DNA of 64,000 bases from the human T2T-CHM13v2.0 reference genome, Homo sapiens. Position 1 is the stretch's first letter, and the number at the start of each line of letters is the position of its first letter. Shown piece after piece: positions 57,351 to 64,000 of this stretch. Position numbers and translations under genes: made by a program. Under the pieces are notes generated by a model. That model worked only from the letters and a program-made list of their open reading frames with translations. It had not been told where the DNA came from and searched no databases. The stretch lies in assembly GCF_009914755.1 (NCBI RefSeq), contig NC_060925.1; one strand, written 5' to 3'.

Positions 57351-59236
57351 ATGCGTGCGCAGGTAAGTAGCATCCAAACTTGCTTGCTTGAATGCTTTCC
57401 AATGACATCTTGTGTTTATGATATTCTGTCTTCATAGTCACATAGACATGCTGGACATGTCAGTATCAACTTCTTTCAAGACTGACTTCTTCCCCCAAAA
57501 GAAAATGCAAATTATGTGAATAATAACCATTTTAATTGGGTTATTTTGCCTTGCCTACAGTAACCACAAAATTCATATCGACTTTATATATAAGGTTATT
57601 TGTTATTTTTTTAGTAGTCAAGCTATTTATGCTTACCCAGTAGAAATATTTACCTCTAATAAATAATTTTCCTCCCAATCTGATGCTTATACTTATGATG
57701 GAAGATATCCTCATGTTAGCTTTCTTTTCTTTTAACGTATTTGGTCACTGATAACTGCAAGCTCACCTCTGTTCCTTGGGTTGACCATTGCTGTTTTGGT
57801 CTCTGCTCATCATTTGGTGGAGCCTCTGACTTGTGTAGTAAGTCATTGAGAGCCCAGTGTTTGTGGCCTGTGCTTTCAGGACCCTTCCTTGTAGCATCTT
57901 GGTCATACTACCTTCTCTAGAAGGTGCCAGTATTCTCCCATACCTATCAACATTTTTCATAGAGTGTCTTACTTCTTGACGTCCCTCACTGTACTCTCCA
58001 ACTTCTCACTTCTGTATCAATCCAATTTATACCTTCTTTTTAATTATAAAAATTATCAAATTATACAAAGTGTTGTATAACAATAAGCAAGCAAGCATAC
58101 ATCATTCATGTAATCCGTACTTTCCTTCAGCAAACATTTATTGAGCAATTTCTATGATCCAGGTGCTGTGCACAATTTAGGACCAAAGTTTTTTTCTGAC
58201 TGAAGCAAAATTTGTGATACCTTCCCAAACGTTCTCCTTGACATCTGAGGCCTTTCTAGTCTTTTCAAACCTATATTATTTCAGTTATGTTATTTAAGCC
58301 ATATGGCTATCAAGTAAAGGACATGTTGTAGAAGTGGGAAGAGATTTGGAATTTTTAGTCCAAGTATCATTATTTTCTCACAATATTCCAAGAGTTATCT
58401 AGGACTTCTATTTTATTGATTTGTATGACAAGGATCCTAATGAAAATAACATAATGTAGCACTAGATAATATACATGTTCTGGTTTTATGCTAAGACAGC
58501 TGATTAACCCTAGAGAACACAATGCAGTGTATTTGTTTCTATTACAATGTTTTGAATTCCAACTTAATCAGAAACCTCACTAACACTAATTATTACATTC
58601 ATCTTCCTCTGATTCCTGTCAACTTTAATTAAGTTCCATGCACCCCCTTTTACCCAACTTGAAGCATGTCAGGATAAAATCTGTACGGAAAAGAAACTAT
58701 GCATGTATTTGCATGCCTTTGAGGGAGAAGCACTCTTTCAAAGACAGTCTCCTTCCCCTGTAGGCACTATCAGTTACATCATTTTTATTAATCTCATACT
58801 CACTATACAATATTCCTTTCATGACAAGCATAACAATTCCCCTTTTTCTTGGTCTACTTCATTGTAGTTAGTGAAATTTTAAGGAAAGAATTGCGATTTA
58901 TTATATTGAATCCTTAGGATATAACACATATATGCACGTAGTTTGCACAGAGTTGGTGCAAAAGAGTGCTTATGGAAACAACAAATGAATGAAAAATTCT
59001 GGAGAAATCATTTGATTATATAATGAATATATGAGTTTTGCAAGATATCTTTTAATTCTATATTCTCATTTGCAGCACATCATCTTAATTTCAAAATTTT
59101 CTCAACTAGGATTTGGAAAAAGTTAGTCCACCATTGAAATGCTTAACAGCTTCGTCAAAAAACTTCCATGCATTACAACTCAAAGGATTATACATTAGGT
59201 ATGTCTTCACTAAAACAAAGAAAAAAATGTATGAAT

Positions 59237-59545
59237 ACATACCCTTTTCTGAGACCTTTGCCACCTATGACTTTTCTCTTTCCTGAATATCCAATCACAA
59301 AAGCATAGATGGACCTATGCATTGATTCAGATTTCTAGTCAAGAGTGAAAAAGAGAAGAATGAGATATAGACAAGTGTGTTTCTTTCGACAGAGAATAAC
59401 AGTATCTCACGGGGTGAGTATTTGGTTAGATTCATTTATTTTGATAATACAAAGGGGGGCAGGCCTTTAACATGGCACAGTTTTGTCCCTTGAGATCAGC
59501 ACCCAAGAGGCTTCATGAAGTTCTAAATTTAGCTTCTAATGACTT
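59237..59545 (-). promoter_or_regulatory. Candidate OR1C1 promoter and non-coding first exon
   Basis: O/E(EBF)-like TCCCTTGAGA (59486-59495), ACCCAAGAGG (59501-59510) and TCTCACGGGG (~59405). Homeodomain TAATGA at 59537-59542. Minus donor AGG|GTATGT at 59242. Non-repeat DNA. Confidence 0.45.
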
Positions 59546-60414
59546 TAGTTTATAAATTGGTTTTTCTCTTATTTTGAAGAGAAGGCAAACACAGGGGGAA
59601 ATATTGTATGCGGGAAGAAAGCATGAAAGCTCATGAAGGTTCCAAGATACATTCTTGTTTTCTTTACAGGGTGCTTGGGTGAATGAATGATACAAAAAGA
59701 TGGGAAACTGAAGCCACAATTTTACAAACCTATCTATTCCATCTCCATAAAACTTGCAGCTTATCCTGTCTCCCTAGTGCTAAAGAGAGATACAGTGATA
59801 TAAACAACCACTTTTGGAGTAAGACACATTTTGGTTCAAATCTTCATTTGTAAATTAATTAATAGTTGCTTGACCTTGCACAAGGTATTATATTTTGTAT
59901 GTTTTAGTTTTTCATCTATAAAAATACAAATACTACTTATCTCATTTAGTTGCTATAAAAACTATAATATTTATATAAAAACCTTGAATTGTGCATAGAC
60001 CCAGAGGTTATCCTGAAGCTTCTGATCATCTAATGAATTAATGGCTGGGATAATCAAATATGTGCCAATAAAAATGAAAACCAAAAGAGAGTGTGTTTGG
60101 AAATGAGATTTTTCACTGTACATTAGATAAAGATTATGTGTGCGGGTGGTTGCAGATATATACATAGATAAATAGTTTTAACTCATACCATGAGCTACAC
60201 GGTTACTCCACAGTATATAACTTAGTCTGAAGACTACAGCTAAACCAACCAGTATTCAAAACATTTGAAACACAGGCCCATTTATCTGAATCCAAAGATG
60301 CATTTATTCTTCTTTATTGAAATCAATATTTTATTAAACACATAGTTTTTGGTTTAATGTATTTAGGTAAATATAAGAACAGACTACAATGACAAACATT
60401 CAAATAACCTTAAT

Positions 60415-60580
60415 GTATACTATACGTGTGTATATATATATGTATACTATACATGTGTGTGTATATATATGTATACAGACACACACACATATATATAGTG
60501 AAAGGTATACGTTGTATATTATATACATAAACAATTTGTGTATGTCTGTATAAGTGTACATATATATTTACAAACACATT
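60415..60580. repeat. TA/CA/TG low-complexity tract
   Basis: Read directly. Confidence 0.8.
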
Positions 60581-60954
60581 TATACATTTTTTTCTAATAT
60601 GGGGAAGACCTCTATATTATCAATTGAAAGGAGATTTATTTACATTTATGTTTAGTGATAATGTATGTCTCAGAGTTCATACAATGTGGATAACTTAATA
60701 GCTTTTGTAAATTCTTTTAGAACATAAGTATTAAGCATTAGACTCTTGCAGAAGATCCATGAGCTACTGAAAACACTTTGGAATTAGAAACCTGGAAAGG
60801 AGCAAAACAGGGATGCTCTGTTAATAATTACCATGTGTGGTGCACTATGAAGTGGCTTTTCATGCATCCTCTCAGGTAATACCTAAAACAGCTTTGAGAC
60901 AGTTAATTTTCCTTTTAGGGAGAAAGAAACAACACTTAGAGAAGTTATGAAGCT

Positions 60955-61059
60955 CCTGGGTGCGGTGGCTCACGCCTGTAATCCCAGCACTTTGGGAGGC
61001 CGAGGTGGGCAAATTACAAGGTCAGGAGATCGAGACCGTCCCGGCCGACACGGTGAAAC
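60955..61059 (+). mobile_element. 3'-truncated Alu left-arm fragment (Y/Sc-type)
   Basis: 'ggagatcgagaccgtcccggcc' then an abrupt end after 'ggtgaaac'; no A-rich linker or tail. Confidence 0.85.
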
Positions 61060-61573
61060 ATAGACCTACGTTTGCGTGCTCTATTTGTGCATGTTAAACC
61101 TTATAAAAATACCCAGGTAATAGTTGCTTACATTCAAGAAGACAAAATATATTTGTGTCACTGCCAAACAAAATTTGATTTACTTTAACTCGTGCCTATG
61201 AAGAGATGGGGTGAATGGTAAGCTTCATGTTAATAATTTGACATCCAAGCAAAACTCCACTTTTGACTAATTTCTATCTAATAGATGTGTGTGTGTGTGT
61301 GCGTGTGTGTGTGTAATGGCAAAGGTCAGAGGGGGACTGAAGGAGACAATGTGTGGTGGGTCTGGTGATAGAATCACAATTAATAACTGTTTATGGATGG
61401 GGAATGCCTGGGGTAGCCATGAGCTGTCCACAGGCACTGCAGTAAGGATGTTGGAATAGCACACCTATACTATATTAAATTTATACCATAATAATAGACA
61501 AATTCAGTAAAGTTATAGAATACAAAATCAACAAACAAATATCAGTAGTATTTTTATACATAAATAATGACCT

Positions 61574-61902
<329 letters not shown>

Positions 61903-63329
61903 ATAACCTAGCTGTCAACAAAATTAAGAAAACAATCCCATTTATGATAACATTAAAAAACCTTAGCAAAAAATTTAACTAAGGGAGTAAAAGATCTGTA
62001 CAATGAAAACTAAAAAACATTGATTAAAGAAACTGAAAAAGACACAAATAAATGGAAAGGTATCCATCTTGGATAAATCGCATGGAGCAAAATAAATTTA
62101 CTAAAACAGGAATTGACTTTGAATTTTTACAAAAGGATCGTCATGTTTCATTGATATAAATGTGGAATTTGGGAAAGTTGAGAGGACCATAGAATCATCT
62201 GGGTTATCAGATCACCAAAAGAAGGAAAATGTTGAGCTCTGATGGCTCAGAGTTTCAGAATCTAAGCCTGCTCTGTGAGGAACTGATCAAACCTCAGGAT
62301 CACAGACAAAATCTGACTTCAATAGGACAATCTTTTCTGCACCAGGTCTTCCTTCATAAGAGAAAAATAGTTTCTGTTTCTCCTCACGTTGCCAGTTCTT
62401 CTGAATTTGCAGATGTCTGGAGTTTTAATATGTCTTGAATTTATTAAGTGGGTTAATGCATCTTAGAAATGAAGTTCAGTAGAAATGATGTGAAGATTCC
62501 CTTAATGCGTTCAAAGCAGCTCATTCTTCTCTCCAGTCTGTGGGGGATGCAGCTGGCCAAGCTTCGTTCTTGCATGTATTCACAGTCAGAGATCCACACT
62601 CTAAATTGGTCTCAGGATCATTCCATGAGAAGACCACCTTTTGCTTCCCCTTCTTTGGAAATGTATTTCTGGATCTCCTCAAATTGTGTTATTTCTTCCC
62701 ATTAATTAAACTGATTATCTTCTAAACTCTGAATTTTTTCTTGTTGTCAACCTTGAATGTAGATATGAATCACCTCATTGTTAATTCAGCCTTTGAATGA
62801 GTCTACCTTTGAAAATGTAGAAACGTAGGAAAGCATTTGGTGTCTTGATAAAATCATCTTAATTATGTTTATGTAAGTGTAATTATTTTCAGTTAAGTAA
62901 TTATAAAATTACTTAGATGGTGCTTAATATAATTTTTTGACCTTGTGGATTAAATGTTTCAAAATACAACATTTCAGTAATCTACCATGCCTAAAAAATA
63001 TTTAGTAGAAATTTATCAGCATTTGAATGTCTGCACGAGGTAACTCTTCTCAAATGCTATTGTTTTCCCAAAGATCAGGTCAGTATCTAGAGTACAGTAG
63101 GTACTAAATAAATATTAATCAAAGAAGTCATTTCTGAATACGCTTTGGAAATACTTAAACTTATGAATATATCAGGTCTGATTCTGTCCACAAATGAAAT
63201 ATTTTACAGTTCCTGCCCTTTCAAAGTCCAGGTTGTGGACAAATAATTGTAGCATTTTTACGTTTCCAAGTTAAGATTGTATGAAGATCAATTCTACACA
63301 ATCTCTCATTTTTTGTTTATAAAAAATAT

Positions 63330-64000
63330 TTTATTATATATTATTGTTTTGTTGAGGTGTCAGTTAAATACAATAAAAAGTATGGATCTCAAATGTACAG
63401 TTTAATTGGTTTTAACAAATGCATTCAGTTAACTTGTGTAACCCACACTCCTATCAAATCACAGGACTTTTCCACCACCCCAGAAAGTTATCTTGGCCCC
63501 TTGAAACTCAGGCTTCTCCTTTGAAAGCAATCACAGATCTGATTTCTACCTCTATGGGTTAGTTTTACTTATTCTAGGAATTCTTATATTTAGAGTAATA
63601 TAGTATGCTGATTTTTCTGTCTGTTCCCTTTCATTGAGATTTTTAAATTGTGTGTGTGATTCATCATGGGGCCTTGAGATTCAGTAGTTTGTTCCTTTTT
63701 GTTGATGATTGATATCCCTTTTTATGGGTATCTTACAGTTTATCCATTCTCAGAACACTTGACACCAGAGCAGTTTTTAGATTTTGCCTAAATCTAAAAT
63801 ATAGTTGTTGATAAAGATTTTTGAAAATTCTCATGCATAGCTTCCTGTGGACATATATTTTCATTTCTTTTTGGTATATATATACAATTGAAATTGCTGG
63901 TCATAGAGTAGAAGTACATTTAACTTTTTAAGAAACAGTCAAATAGTTTTCCAAAGTTGTTGAATTTTACATTTTTACCAGCAACAGAAGAGAAATGTGG
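63330..64000 (-). mobile_element. Old L1 (L1ME-like) 3' fragment
   Basis: 'gtaacccacactcctatcaa...ttccaccaccccagaaagt' and 'gttttccaaagttgttg...accagcaa'. Confidence 0.65.

Noticed and set aside
62100-62770. Unique-looking sequence as a possible processed pseudogene
   Set aside because: The ORF-track peptides and one minus frame I translated by hand (several stops) resemble nothing I recognise; no poly(A) or TSD. BLASTX would settle it.

Overview
This is AT-rich, repeat-dense primate genomic DNA from an olfactory-receptor (OR) cluster. The four intact single-exon OR coding regions match, from recall, human OR6F1 (-), OR14A2 (-), OR14K1 (+) and OR1C1 (-), which points to chr1q44. Each CDS has a splice acceptor a few bases upstream of its ATG, as is typical for ORs with non-coding 5' exons. 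The rest is mostly transposon debris: an internally deleted HERV-L provirus with MLT2A1-type LTRs (3848-9153, -), two twin-primed (5'-inverted) L1PA insertions with readable TSDs, about seven Alu/FLAM copies, several solo LTRs, hAT-Charlie/MER5 DNA transposon remnants, many old L1M fragments and a few local tandem duplications. I found no evidence for a genuinely new gene system. The best leads are: (i) a deletion that fuses the HERV-L 5' LTR promoter (DUX4-like motif, TATA, ATG) in frame to a gag remnant; (ii) a 23-nt templated insertion copied from 1.7 kb away; (iii) an A-B-A 100/90/100-bp VNTR; (iv) an intact-ORF OR14K1 with many broken OR motifs; (v) a (CA)n/(TG)n tract beside the OR1C1 acceptor; (vi) a sense L1 poly(A) signal upstream of OR14A2. 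Repeat subfamily names come from remembered consensus sequences, and boundaries of old elements are approximate.
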